A DNA stretch of 64,000 nt from Bacillota bacterium (GTDB lineage: Bacteria; Bacillota; Limnochordia; DTU080), in the NCBI GenBank assembly GCA_012838035.1, contig DUQB01000005.1, positions 28,510 to 92,509 on the forward strand. Direction: 5' to 3'. The notes under the pieces are model-generated. The model ran no database searches. It worked only from the letters and a program-made list of their open reading frames with translations, and was not told where the DNA came from. The position numbers and the translations under genes were made by a program. Positions 39,827 through 49,788 of this stretch are shown one piece after another. Position 1 is the stretch's first letter; every line of letters starts with the position of its first letter.

Positions 39827-40978
39827 ATGACGGAGATGCAAGCGCAAGAGTCTGTTTACTTGGACCATGCGGCTACCACGCCGCTGCGGCCTCAAGCCCT
39901 GGAAGCCATGTTGCCTTATCTGAAGGAGCACTACGGCAATCCGTCGGCAGTCTATGCTCTTGGTAGGACCGTACGGGCTCAGCTTGACGCTTGTCGCGAT
40001 CGGATGGCGGCCATATTGCGCTGTCAGCCGGGGGAACTCTATTTCACCTCCGGGGGTACGGAAGCGATCAATTTGGCTTTGCATGGCTATGCCCGCGCCC
40101 ACCGCGACCAGGGCAGACATTTGTTGGTATCGGCGATTGAGCATCACGCCGTGTTGCACGCGGCGAAGGCGCTGGCCGACGAAGGCTTTGAGGTAGAAGA
40201 GATACCAGTGGATCGGTACGGGCGGGTGCATGTGGACGAAGTCGCCGGCAGGTTGCGCAAGGATACCCTGCTGGTAGCTGTTATGCACGCCAACAATGAG
40301 ATCGGGACCATACAGCCTATTGCGGAGTTGGGTAAGCTCTGTCAAGACCACCGGGTGGCCTTGCACGTCGATGCTGTACAAACAGCCGGACATCTCTCAC
40401 TGATGGATCTGGACCACGCTGCTTTCATCTCCATATCCGCGCACAAGTTTGGTGGGCCTAAAGGCGTAGGCGCTTTGGTCGCCCGGCGCGGTCGGCGTCT
40501 GCTGCCGATTTTATATGGTGGAGGACAAGAGCGTGAACTGCGTGCAGGAACAGAGAATGTGCCCTGTATTGTGGGGATGACCGTAGCCCTGGAGTCGGCC
40601 CACGCAGAGCTGGCAGGCGAGGAGTCGCGTTTAAGACGGTTGGCGCAAGATCTCCGGAACCGGTTGAGCCGGATACCCGGCACGGTATTCAACAGCCGGC
40701 CCGAGCTATGTTTACCGCACATCGTCAACGTCTGCTTCGAAGAAATAAGTGGCGAATCGCTGCTCTATCTACTGGATAGAGCGGGTATAGCGGCTGCTAG
40801 TGGTTCGGCTTGTTCAGCCGGCTCCACCTTGGTATCTCATGTGCTGTTGGCCATGGGCCTACCGCGCACTTTAGCCGCAGGCGCCTTACGTCTATCACTC
40901 GGTTATTCCTCTACTGAAGAAGACATTGCCAGACTCATGCCCGTTCTGCAAGCGTGCGTAGAGCGTTTACGGCGGTAA
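39827..40978 (+). CDS. Cysteine desulfurase (NifS/IscS family; class V aminotransferase)
   Basis: YLDHAATTP N-terminus, PLP-lysine region SISAHKFGGPKGVGAL, and the active-site Cys loop SGSACSAGS. It sits in the position of B. subtilis yrvO next to mnmA. The ORF track extends the start to 39749, overlapping rarA. Confidence 0.85.
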   Translation: MTEMQAQESVYLDHAATTPLRPQALEAMLPYLKEHYGNPSAVYALGRTVRAQLDACRDRMAAILRCQPGELYFTSGGTEAINLALHGYARAHRDQGRHLLVSAIEHHAVLHAAKALADEGFEVEEIPVDRYGRVHVDEVAGRLRKDTLLVAVMHANNEIGTIQPIAELGKLCQDHRVALHVDAVQTAGHLSLMDLDHAAFISISAHKFGGPKGVGALVARRGRRLLPILYGGGQERELRAGTENVPCIVGMTVALESAHAELAGEESRLRRLAQDLRNRLSRIPGTVFNSRPELCLPHIVNVCFEEISGESLLYLLDRAGIAAASGSACSAGSTLVSHVLLAMGLPRTLAAGALRLSLGYSSTEEDIARLMPVLQACVERLRR

Positions 40979-41047
40979 CAGCGGCGCATCCATGCTACAA
41001 TAGGTAAAAGCAGTCGTTACGTCGGTAAATTTTAAGGGGGTTCGGTC

Positions 41048-42127
41048 GTGACAGGGCGGCGAGTATTGGTAGCTATGAGCGGCGGCGTGGATAGCTCGGT
41101 GACCGCGGCTTTGCTTCAGGAGCAAGGCTATGAGGTAATTGGCGCTACCATGCAATTGTGGTCGGATTGTCTGCCTCATTCGGAGGCGGAAAGCGGCTGC
41201 TGTTCCATTTCCGCCGTGGAAGACGCCCGGCGGGTGGCTACTCGTTTGGGCATACCCTATTATGTTTTTAACATGGCCGACGCCTTTACCACCGCGGTGG
41301 TCGATCGCTTTGCCGATGCTTATCTCAACGGCTTGACGCCTAATCCCTGTTTGCTATGTAACCGCGATCTGAAATTCGGCCTGTTTTTGGATAAGGCTCG
41401 TGAACTAGACTGTGACTTTATTGCCACCGGGCACTATGCGCGGGTTTGGTTCGATGACGCGCGCAAGCGCTACTGCTTGGGCAAGGGGAAGGACACTGGG
41501 AAAGATCAGAGCTATGCGCTATACATGCTGACGCAAGAGCAGTTGGCGCATACGTTGCTGCCCCTCGGCGACTTGAACAAACAGGATACGCGGCGGATTG
41601 CCGCTCGCTACGGCTTGCAGGTGGCGCAAAAAAAGGAAAGCCAAGAGATCTGTTTTGTACCGAACAACAATTATCGGGAGTTTATGGAGCAGTATCGTCC
41701 TGGGAGCGCTAAACCCGGTCCCATCGTCAATTTAGAGGGAGATGTTTTGGGCACTCATACGGGTTTGGCCAATTATACGATCGGGCAGCGCAAAGGTCTA
41801 GGCATTGGCGGTGGTAAGCCGCACTTCGTGGTCCGCCTGGAGGTGGACCGGAATGCGGTCGTCGTCGGGGCGGCGGCAGATGTCTACCAGACATCGTGCC
41901 GAGCTGAGGATGTCAATTGGATTGCCGTACCTGATCTAGACGCCCCCCTACAGGTTGACGCCAAGATACGCTATCGGGTAGAACCGGCGCAGGCCGTAAT
42001 CAACCTTGAGGCGGACGGCCGCGTCGTCACGCGCTTCCTGAGGCCGCAGCGGGCTGTTACTCCCGGACAAGCGGTGGTTTGGTACCAGGATGATGTGGTC
42101 ATAGGTGGAGGCATCATAACTCGCTAA
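41048..42127 (+). CDS. mnmA: tRNA-specific 2-thiouridylase MnmA
   Basis: PP-loop VAMSGGVDSSV and the conserved Cys residues of MnmA. 359 aa. Confidence 0.9.
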   Translation: MTGRRVLVAMSGGVDSSVTAALLQEQGYEVIGATMQLWSDCLPHSEAESGCCSISAVEDARRVATRLGIPYYVFNMADAFTTAVVDRFADAYLNGLTPNPCLLCNRDLKFGLFLDKARELDCDFIATGHYARVWFDDARKRYCLGKGKDTGKDQSYALYMLTQEQLAHTLLPLGDLNKQDTRRIAARYGLQVAQKKESQEICFVPNNNYREFMEQYRPGSAKPGPIVNLEGDVLGTHTGLANYTIGQRKGLGIGGGKPHFVVRLEVDRNAVVVGAAADVYQTSCRAEDVNWIAVPDLDAPLQVDAKIRYRVEPAQAVINLEADGRVVTRFLRPQRAVTPGQAVVWYQDDVVIGGGIITR

Positions 42128-42150
42128 GGCATAGGAAGGAATGACACGTA

Positions 42151-43119
42151 TTGAGCAAGGGAAAGCGTTGGGACGTAGTCGCCTTTGGCGAAGCTATGCT
42201 TCGTTTTACGCCGCCTGGAGCGCAACGGTTAGAGCAAGCAGCTGAGTATCGTGTGTATGTGGGCGGCAGTGAGGCGAACGTGGCGGTAGGCATGGCGCGC
42301 CTAGGTCTGCAAACCGCATGGATCGGGAAGTTGCCTAAGAATCCCTTAGGTAGGCGCGTTGCTGCTGAGATCGCCGCGCAGGGAGTGGATGTGAGCCGGG
42401 TCGTGTGGACCGATACAGGCCGAGTGGGTACGTATTACGTGGAAGTGGCCGGTGCGCCTCGCGGCTCTCAGGTTGTATATGATCGACAAAACAGCGCGGC
42501 CTGCTCTTTTGCTCCGGAAGATCTCGATTGGAGCATCCTTAAGTCAGCCCGCCATTTACATATATCGGGAATAACGCCGGCTTTAAGCGCATCTTGCGCG
42601 GCTACCACACGGCGCATTCTGGAAAAGGCCAAGGAAATACCCGAATTGACCGTATCGTTTGATGTGAATTATCGCAGCAAACTGTGGACGCCGGAAGAGG
42701 CGCGTGCGACGCTGACGCCGCTTCTCAATGCGGATGTGGTCTTTTGCACCCTCGATGATGCCGAAACCGTTTTCGGTCAATACGGCAATCCGGAGGAGGT
42801 AGCCCGAAGACTGCGTGAACTATGGGGCGCCCAAATTGTAGTGCTGACGTTGGGCAGTGAAGGCGCCGTATTGGTGAGTCCGTCTTATACCGGCTACGGT
42901 AAGCCGCACAAGGTGGATCCGGTGGATCGTGTAGGAGCCGGCGATGCTTATGTAGCCGGATTCCTCTATGGTTATCTTCAGTTGACGCTGGAAACGGCTT
43001 TGCGTTACGGTAGCGCAATGGCCGCCTGGAAATACTCGGAACCTGGTGATTTTTGCTATGCATCGCGCAGCGATATCGAAGCGATAATATCGGAAGAGAA
43101 CAGGGATATTCGCAGGTAG
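42151..43119 (+). CDS. PfkB-family sugar kinase (2-dehydro-3-deoxygluconokinase / ribokinase-like)
   Basis: N-terminus VVAFGEAMLRF and C-terminal motif DRVGAGDAYVAGFLYG. 322 aa. Confidence 0.7.
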   Translation: MSKGKRWDVVAFGEAMLRFTPPGAQRLEQAAEYRVYVGGSEANVAVGMARLGLQTAWIGKLPKNPLGRRVAAEIAAQGVDVSRVVWTDTGRVGTYYVEVAGAPRGSQVVYDRQNSAACSFAPEDLDWSILKSARHLHISGITPALSASCAATTRRILEKAKEIPELTVSFDVNYRSKLWTPEEARATLTPLLNADVVFCTLDDAETVFGQYGNPEEVARRLRELWGAQIVVLTLGSEGAVLVSPSYTGYGKPHKVDPVDRVGAGDAYVAGFLYGYLQLTLETALRYGSAMAAWKYSEPGDFCYASRSDIEAIISEENRDIRR

Positions 43120-43333
43120 CGAAAGCTACGTCTCTCATCTTAAGATCTCGAAGATCCAAACCGCGTGCAGCGAGGTAGGCGAAGCGTGCGCCGTGCAGTA
43201 ATAGGTGCGGTTTACGTCACTGGTAAAACGCTGGAGCATGTGGCGCGGGTCTTTTGTTGTTGTACCAGTGCGCAGACTGTACCCCCGGCAGGGGTATACT
43301 AACGCTAAGTGCCGCAGAGTAAAGGAGAACCGA

Positions 43334-43846
43334 ATGATGCAGCGGGCCAGGCGCTTAATCGGTATGGACGTGAGGACCCCTGCAGGAAAACGCTTGGGGG
43401 AAGTGTGCGATGTACTTATCGATCACCCACTGCGAAGGGTTGTCGGCATCGTGGTAAATGCAGGTTCTTTAAGACGCAAGCCATGTTATGTCCGCCGCAA
43501 AGACATTGTGGCGATTGATGCGACGTACATTACGGTCAGAAGCGACCGCAGCTTGGAAACCAACCTCATCGGTGGTTATGGTTTAAGCAGCGCCGCTTCA
43601 CCTTTAGGTAAAGAGATAGAACGACAGGGAGTGGGGGATTTAGGCCATATAAGGGATGTTCTGGTGGACACGAAGCGTTTGACGATCTGGGGCTTTGAGA
43701 TATCCGACGGATTGGTGAGCGATGTACTAAACGGCGTTACCAAGGTGCCGCGGCGTGAAGTAAAGCGCCTGATGGGTCGCCTTCTCTGGGCGTCGCATCA
43801 CGATTCAGGCAGTGACTTGCACAACGGCTCGGATTCACATGAATGA
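43334..43846 (+). CDS. PRC-barrel domain protein (two PRC-like repeats)
   Basis: ATG 8 nt after AAAGGAG. RLIGMDVRTPAGKRLGEVCDVLID...VVGIVV, then a second repeat LGHIRDVLVDTKRLTIWGFEI. The ORF track extends the start to 43205. Confidence 0.55.
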   Translation: MMQRARRLIGMDVRTPAGKRLGEVCDVLIDHPLRRVVGIVVNAGSLRRKPCYVRRKDIVAIDATYITVRSDRSLETNLIGGYGLSSAASPLGKEIERQGVGDLGHIRDVLVDTKRLTIWGFEISDGLVSDVLNGVTKVPRREVKRLMGRLLWASHHDSGSDLHNGSDSHE

Positions 43847-43889
43847 TGATATAGATGGTAACCCTACATGAAGAGGGGGTGAGCCAAAT

Positions 43890-44138
43890 ATGAGCATGAT
43901 GCGCAGCCGGTGGCTGTGGGGCATCATTGGTATAGCCGGCGCTGCTTGGGCATATCGGTCGATGAAAGGTAATCAGCAGGCAAGGAAGGCAATGGCCGGG
44001 CGTAGTCGGCAGGCATGGCGCGGCGCGTCTCGTACTGGCCGGGCCATACGACCGAATGCGCTCAGAGCGGCTTCCAGGGCGGGACGAGCGGTGGTTGATA
44101 CCACCATGCGGACAGTCCGCGCCATCAATAGGATGTAG
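43890..44138 (+). CDS. Small membrane-anchored, highly basic protein of unknown function
   Basis: Strong RBS AGAGGGGGTG 9 nt upstream. N-terminal TM helix WLWGIIGIAGAAWAY, then an Arg/Ala-rich tail. 82 aa. Confidence 0.4.
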   Translation: MSMMRSRWLWGIIGIAGAAWAYRSMKGNQQARKAMAGRSRQAWRGASRTGRAIRPNALRAASRAGRAVVDTTMRTVRAINRM

Positions 44139-44151
44139 TGCGGTTCTGTCG

Positions 44152-45174
44152 ATGACGCGCCGTACTCGGGTTATTTTGCTAGTCATCGCCGCGAGCGTGG
44201 TGGTGGTGTTCCTGTACGCCGTACGTGCCGTGCTCACACCTTTTATCCTCGCGGCGATTGCCGCATACTTGGCCAACCCCCTGGTAATGCGCTTTGAGTC
44301 GCGCCAGATGCCTCGCAGCGTCGCCATTATTTCCACCTACATCATCTGCGGCATCTCGGCCGCCTTGATCATCTATCTGATTGTCCCCGTTTTGATCAGA
44401 GAGTTAAATGACGTATTAGTCTCCTTACCCCAGCAACTACAAGGTCTTAACCGCTATGCTCAGAGTGGGTTTCAGTGGTTACAACGTCTACCAATCCCGA
44501 TTCCTATCGGCGAGATGACCAGTGAAGCGATCGTCCGTGTACAGAACGTGATCACGACGCTCGCTGCCCGCAGTCTTGATCTCATCTTCGGCCTTTTTTC
44601 CAGCGCCGTCTACATGGTGCTCGTACCCTTTCTCGCCTACTATTTCCTACGAGATAAAGAGCTGATCAGCGAGGCGCTGTTGCGTGTTCTGCCCACCAGT
44701 CGCCGGCCGGAGGCGGTGGGTCTACTGTTGAGGTTAAATCGCGTGACCATGGCCTACATTCGCGGTCAGTTAATCATCTCGGCCGGTACGGGAGCGCTTG
44801 TGGCGCTGGGATTAACCTTGCTCGGCGTAAAGTATGCGGCTTTAGCCGGGTTGATCGCCGGCATATTTGATGTGGCGCCCTACTTCGGACCGGTAATCGG
44901 CGCCATACCTGCCGTGTTGCTGGGCCTGCTCAAGTCACCTTCTACAGCCTTATGGTGCGCGGTCTGGATCACGCTTGTGCAACAAATTGAGAGTATGTTT
45001 CTGCAACCGCGCGTGATGAGCGAGCAGGTAGGTTTACACCCGTTGACTGTCATATTTGCCGTCATGGCCGGTGGTCAACTGTTGGGAATATGGGGCATGC
45101 TGGTTGCGGTACCTTTGGTGGCAACCGGAAAAACGGTCGCCGCTTTTTTCCTGGATAAGCTGAGTAACGGCTGA
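44152..45174 (+). CDS. AI-2E family transporter (PerM/YtvI-like permease)
   Basis: About 8 TM helices and the family motif PYFGPVIGAIPAVLLGL. 340 aa from ATG 44152. The ORF track's extension to 44056 overlaps the previous gene. Confidence 0.7.
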   Translation: MTRRTRVILLVIAASVVVVFLYAVRAVLTPFILAAIAAYLANPLVMRFESRQMPRSVAIISTYIICGISAALIIYLIVPVLIRELNDVLVSLPQQLQGLNRYAQSGFQWLQRLPIPIPIGEMTSEAIVRVQNVITTLAARSLDLIFGLFSSAVYMVLVPFLAYYFLRDKELISEALLRVLPTSRRPEAVGLLLRLNRVTMAYIRGQLIISAGTGALVALGLTLLGVKYAALAGLIAGIFDVAPYFGPVIGAIPAVLLGLLKSPSTALWCAVWITLVQQIESMFLQPRVMSEQVGLHPLTVIFAVMAGGQLLGIWGMLVAVPLVATGKTVAAFFLDKLSNG

Positions 45175-45204
45175 ATACCTTCGATTTGAGTTGTCGGACT
45201 TGCG

Positions 45205-45233
45205 TTGACGCCGACTCGGGGCTCTTGTATGAT
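45205..45233 (+). promoter_or_regulatory. Sigma-A-type promoter for alaS
   Basis: TTGACG - 17 nt - TATGAT, about 95 nt upstream of the start. The leader is too short for a T-box. Confidence 0.55.
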
Positions 45234-45332
45234 AAGGCTTGTATGATATGGCATGTGTCAAAATTGGTACATGATGGATATATGTACTTGCCGTCGGTAG
45301 ACAGCAGCAGGAGGGACATCAACGTGCAGGCT

Positions 45333-47957
45333 ATGACAGTGGATCAACTGCGCGAAGCGTTTTTAAGCTTCTTTGAAAAACATCAACATCTCCGGGTAGC
45401 CGGCGCATCATTGGTACCCCATAACGACCCAACCCTACTGCTTACAGCAGCGGGAATGGTTCCTTTTAAGCCATACTTCCTCGGTCAGGAAGAGCCGCCG
45501 TGCAGGCGAATCACCTCGTGCCAGCGCTGCGTGCGTACGCCTGATATCGACAACGTAGGCATTACCGACCGGCATGCTACGTTCTTTGAGATGCTGGGGA
45601 ATTTCTCTTTTGGCGACTACTTTAAAAAAGAGGCCATCCCCTTCGCTTGGGAGTTCTGTGTGGATGTTCTCAAAATCGCGCCGGAACGTCTCTGGGTTAC
45701 CATCTACGAAGATGACGACGAAGCTTATGCTATATGGCGCGACAGCGTGGGCGTACCGGCCGAGAAGATCGGTCGCTTAGGCAAGGAAGACAACTGGTGG
45801 GGGCTGGGTATCGGCCCATGCGGTCCTTGTTCGGAAATCTATGTCGATCGAGGCCCGGAATTGGGCTGCGGTAAGCCCGATTGTCGCCCCGGCTGTGATT
45901 GCGAGCGCTTCATGGAGATATGGAACCTGGTGTTCAATCAGTACGATCAGGCGGAAGACGGTACGTTGAGTCCATTGGAACGAACAGGTATCGATACCGG
46001 TATGGGGCTGGAGCGCCTGGCAGCCATGTTGCAGGGCGTATCCAGTATTTTCGATACGGATGTCATGCGGCCGATCGTCACCTACATCGCCGAACAGGCC
46101 GGAGTGCAGTATCGCGTGAATCCCAAACATGACGTCAGCCTGCGGGTGATTTCCGATCACATGCGGAGCGTCACGTTCATGATCCATGACGGGATTTTAC
46201 CCGGCAATGAGGGGCGCGGTTATGTTTTGCGGCGTTTGCTGCGTAGAGCCGTACGCCATGCTCGCTTATTGGGTATTGAGCGCAGCTTCCTCAGCGGCGT
46301 CGTCGACGTCGTCGTGCGACAGATGCAGGCGGGCTATCCGGAACTGGTCTCCAGCTTGGAGTATATTAAGCGCATCGTAAACCTAGAGGAGCAGCGTTTT
46401 CACGAGACGCTGGATCAAGGTATGGAGATTCTGCAGCGCCTCATAGAAAGCGTGCAAGGTACCACCAAAGAGATAAAAGGTGACGACGCTTTCCGTCTGC
46501 ACGACACATTCGGGTTCCCGCTGGAGTTGACAATGGAGATCGCCGCCGATAAAGGGGTAACAGTGGATACCGACGGATTCAACGCGGCGATGGAGAAGCA
46601 ACGGGAACGCGCTAGAGCCGCTCGCGCGGAGCAAGGGTACTTAGGCGCGGATATGGGCGTATATAACGAGCTGGATCTGCCGGCCGGCGAGTTCCTTGGT
46701 TACGACACTTTAGAGGCCTCCGCCGAAATTGTGGGGCTGGTGCAAAACGAGGAACCGGTAGGACGCTTACAAGGTTCCGGTAAGGCAGACATCATTTTGG
46801 CTGCTACGCCGTTTTATCCGGAAGGCGGCGGCCAAGTGGCTGATAAAGGCGTCATCACAGGCGCTCAGGGGTCTTTCCATGTGGAGCGCGTGTTTAAGAC
46901 AGGCAAAGGCGTGATTGTACACAGCGGTGTCTTTACCGGCGATTTTGAGCTTCATGAAACAGTGAGCGCTAAAGTGCAGCCCGAGCATCGCATGCCGACA
47001 GCGCGCAATCATACGGCGACACATTTGTTGCATAAGTCATTGCATGAGGTTATAGGAGAACATGCCAATCAGGCTGGATCGTTGGTGAGTCCCGAGCGTC
47101 TGCGCTTCGACTTTAACCATTATGAAGCCATTAGCGTCGCAGACCTGGCTGAAATAGAGCGCCGCGTGAACGCCGCCATTCTGCGCAACATGCCTGTGAT
47201 CACCAAGGTCACTAGTTTTGACGCGGCGGTGAAAGCGGGAGCTATGGCCTTGTTTGACGAGAAGTACGGCGACAAAGTACGCATTGTCAGCGTAGGCGAC
47301 TACAGCATGGAGCTGTGCGGCGGTACTCATGTTAGAAGCAGTGGCGAGATCGGTCTCTTCCGCATTGTCAGTGAGGGTAGTATTGCGTCAGGCGTCCGTC
47401 GCATTGAGGCCGTAACCGGCGAAGGCGCTCTACAGTACATCGACGAATTATCGCAGACCTTGGAGTTCGCCGCGTCGCGCCTGCAGGTTACGCCGCGCGA
47501 TGTGCCGCAGCAGATCGATAAAGTGATGGGCCGAATGAAGCAGTTGGAGAAGGAGATCAACGAGCTTAAGGGCAAACTGGTCGGCTCTCAACTGGACGAT
47601 TTGCTTAATCAAGCTATCGATTGCGGCGGTATCAAGGTTTTGGCCGCCGTGATACCTAATGCGGACATGACGGCGCTATGCGAATTGGGCGATCGCCTGA
47701 AGGAGAGAATGGGGCCGAGCGCTTTAGCGTTGTCTTCCGGCTCGAACGGTAAAGTGCATTTGGTGATGATGGCCACCACCGAAGCCGTCGCCAAAGGTGT
47801 CCATGCCGGCGATCTGATCCGTAAAGTAGCGGAGCATGTTGACGGTAAGGGCGGTGGAATGCCGACTATGGCCAGGGCAGGTGGTAAGAATCCGGCTGGA
47901 CAAGAGAAAGCCATGGCCGCGGCGCTGGAGGCATTACGGGAAGTTTTGGGCGGTTAG
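45333..47957 (+). CDS. alaS: Alanine--tRNA ligase
   Basis: MTVDQLREAFLSFFEKHQH...DPTLLLTAAGMVPFKPYFLG, editing-domain HxxxH, and a C-terminal DHHA1. About 874 aa. An alternative GTG start at 45324 lies 8 nt after GGAGGG. The ORF track's start at 45186 was rejected. Confidence 0.9.
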   Translation: MTVDQLREAFLSFFEKHQHLRVAGASLVPHNDPTLLLTAAGMVPFKPYFLGQEEPPCRRITSCQRCVRTPDIDNVGITDRHATFFEMLGNFSFGDYFKKEAIPFAWEFCVDVLKIAPERLWVTIYEDDDEAYAIWRDSVGVPAEKIGRLGKEDNWWGLGIGPCGPCSEIYVDRGPELGCGKPDCRPGCDCERFMEIWNLVFNQYDQAEDGTLSPLERTGIDTGMGLERLAAMLQGVSSIFDTDVMRPIVTYIAEQAGVQYRVNPKHDVSLRVISDHMRSVTFMIHDGILPGNEGRGYVLRRLLRRAVRHARLLGIERSFLSGVVDVVVRQMQAGYPELVSSLEYIKRIVNLEEQRFHETLDQGMEILQRLIESVQGTTKEIKGDDAFRLHDTFGFPLELTMEIAADKGVTVDTDGFNAAMEKQRERARAARAEQGYLGADMGVYNELDLPAGEFLGYDTLEASAEIVGLVQNEEPVGRLQGSGKADIILAATPFYPEGGGQVADKGVITGAQGSFHVERVFKTGKGVIVHSGVFTGDFELHETVSAKVQPEHRMPTARNHTATHLLHKSLHEVIGEHANQAGSLVSPERLRFDFNHYEAISVADLAEIERRVNAAILRNMPVITKVTSFDAAVKAGAMALFDEKYGDKVRIVSVGDYSMELCGGTHVRSSGEIGLFRIVSEGSIASGVRRIEAVTGEGALQYIDELSQTLEFAASRLQVTPRDVPQQIDKVMGRMKQLEKEINELKGKLVGSQLDDLLNQAIDCGGIKVLAAVIPNADMTALCELGDRLKERMGPSALALSSGSNGKVHLVMMATTEAVAKGVHAGDLIRKVAEHVDGKGGGMPTMARAGGKNPAGQEKAMAAALEALREVLGG

Positions 47958-48085
47958 CCCGGCCGAGTTAACAGAGCGAGGGCGAAAATCAGTACGGTTG
48001 TTTCGTGCGTGTAAGAAGGAAACTCCTTTAAATACCCGAATATAGCCGTACTGTTTTTTAACCGCAGGTTGGGGAGGTGCGTCAG

Positions 48086-48355
48086 ATGTCTGAAATACCC
48101 GACCAGACCATGTTGTTCCATGTGGATCGCGATTTGTCTCAGGTTAAGGCCATTTTGCAGCATGTTTACGCCGCTTTGAAGGAGAAAGGCTACGATCCCA
48201 TAGGCCAGATGGTAGGATATTTACTATCTGGGGATCCGACATACATCACATCGCACCGCAATGCGCGCAGCTTGATGCGCACCGTTGAGCGCGATGAGGT
48301 TATCGAGGTGCTGGTGGAAGCGTATTTGCGGAGAATCGACCCTGAAGACAAATAA
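48086..48355 (+). CDS. ireB: IreB-family regulatory phosphoprotein (UPF0297/DUF965, YrzL-like)
   Basis: MSEIPDQTMLFHVD...VYAALKEKGYDPIGQMVGYLLSGDPTYITSHRNARSLMRTVERDEVIEVLVEAYL. RBS GGGGAGGTG. Confidence 0.75.
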   Translation: MSEIPDQTMLFHVDRDLSQVKAILQHVYAALKEKGYDPIGQMVGYLLSGDPTYITSHRNARSLMRTVERDEVIEVLVEAYLRRIDPEDK

Positions 48356-48525
48356 TCATTTACACGCAAATAAGGGCAGAAGGATAAGGCGCCGTCTACC
48401 TACCCGTCGCTGGTGACGTTCCATCGATGGCTTATGTCTTAGCTCCAACCACACTCCAAGAGTATTACAAGCTCATATATCTCAGTTTCACAGCAATCTA
48501 AGTAGACTACTAGGGAGCGCTGCAT

Positions 48526-49785
48526 ATGTTGCGTAAACCCGGGTCAAAACGGAGGACGCGGCGAGCCGATCAGGCCGGGGCGTCCTTTTTAACGCTGGAT
48601 ATCGGTACTGAATGGGCGAAAGCCGTGATCACCAATCAGGCGCAACGGCAAGTACTCAGCGCGGGATACGCCCGACAGCATTTAGGAGATATGGATGGGG
48701 GCGCTATTGCGAATATCGCCGGCGTGACCGAAACCGTTTCCAGAGCGCTGCGCGAGGCGGTCTCATTAGCCGATGCGGAGCCGCAACTCTGTTTAGCCGG
48801 CATTGCGGGCGAGTTGGTACAAGGCGTAGTCAGTTCAATCACGAGTGAACGCAAACGTCCCGACGTACCTTTGACGCTGCGCGAGATTTCTAGGTTAGCC
48901 TGGCATACCGTAGCCCAAGCGCATATGGCAGCAAAGGAAAAAACGGCACTGCAAAGTGGTATACGCAACCCGCACGTGGAGCTGGTCGATACGGCCTTAA
49001 TTGAAATCCGCATTGACGGCTACCGAGTGAGCAACCCGGTGGGTTTTCGCGGTAAGCACCTGGCCATATCGGTGTTTCATACCTTCTCGCCGCTGGTGCA
49101 TGTACGGGCTATAGAAAGCGTTGTGCGAAGCACAGGCTGTCAACTGCTGGGTATAGTGGCCGAACCTTTTGCCGTCGCTACCTGCGCTCTTCCGGCCGAA
49201 GCATATGAATTGGGCGCGGTTGTGGTAGATATCGGGGGCGGAAGTACGGATGTGGCCGTGCTGGAGAAGGGCGGCGTAGTGGGTACGAAAATGGTAGCCA
49301 TGGGGGGACGAGCTTTCACGCGTAGCCTGGCTGACGCTTTCTCACTGAGCCTTGATATCGCCGAAGAGCTTAAGATCGATTATGCAACGGGTAGTTTGGC
49401 AGCGGAACAGGCAGAGCAGGTGCGATCCGTCATCGATGCGGACATGAAAGTGTTTGTGGAGGCCTTGCGCCTTGCATTCTCCGATTTAAAAGGTGCCGGT
49501 ACGTTACCTACACATGTGTATTTTTGTGGAGGGGGCAGCGGTTTGCCTGGTATACTGGACTTACTGGACCATCCGCAGTGGCTTAAGCAGGGGTTTTTTA
49601 CCCGTACGCCGACAGTCGTTCGCTTGAGTCCGGGCGATGTGAAGAGTATTCAGGATCCCCAAGGCTTCCTACAAGGTTTTCGAGACGTAACGCCTAAAGC
49701 GCTGGCAACCCAAGGCGCACGTGTCCTGGCGGATCGATTTCAGGAAGGGACGCCATCCTTTACTGGTATCCGCAAAGGTGGTTAA
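48526..49785 (+). CDS. FtsA/actin-like (ASKHA superfamily) ATPase paralog
   Basis: Phosphate-1 LTLDIGTEWAKAVI, phosphate-2 VVVDIGGGSTDVAVL, adenosine motif VYFCGGGSGLPGI, and an FtsA-type inserted subdomain. No recognisable C-terminal amphipathic membrane helix. 419 aa. Confidence 0.65.
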   Translation: MLRKPGSKRRTRRADQAGASFLTLDIGTEWAKAVITNQAQRQVLSAGYARQHLGDMDGGAIANIAGVTETVSRALREAVSLADAEPQLCLAGIAGELVQGVVSSITSERKRPDVPLTLREISRLAWHTVAQAHMAAKEKTALQSGIRNPHVELVDTALIEIRIDGYRVSNPVGFRGKHLAISVFHTFSPLVHVRAIESVVRSTGCQLLGIVAEPFAVATCALPAEAYELGAVVVDIGGGSTDVAVLEKGGVVGTKMVAMGGRAFTRSLADAFSLSLDIAEELKIDYATGSLAAEQAEQVRSVIDADMKVFVEALRLAFSDLKGAGTLPTHVYFCGGGSGLPGILDLLDHPQWLKQGFFTRTPTVVRLSPGDVKSIQDPQGFLQGFRDVTPKALATQGARVLADRFQEGTPSFTGIRKGG

Positions 49786-49788
49786 TCC

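Noticed and set aside
39566-40393. 275-aa minus-strand ORF antisense to rarA and the cysteine desulfurase
   Set aside because: It overlaps two strongly supported + strand genes and has no recognisable motifs.
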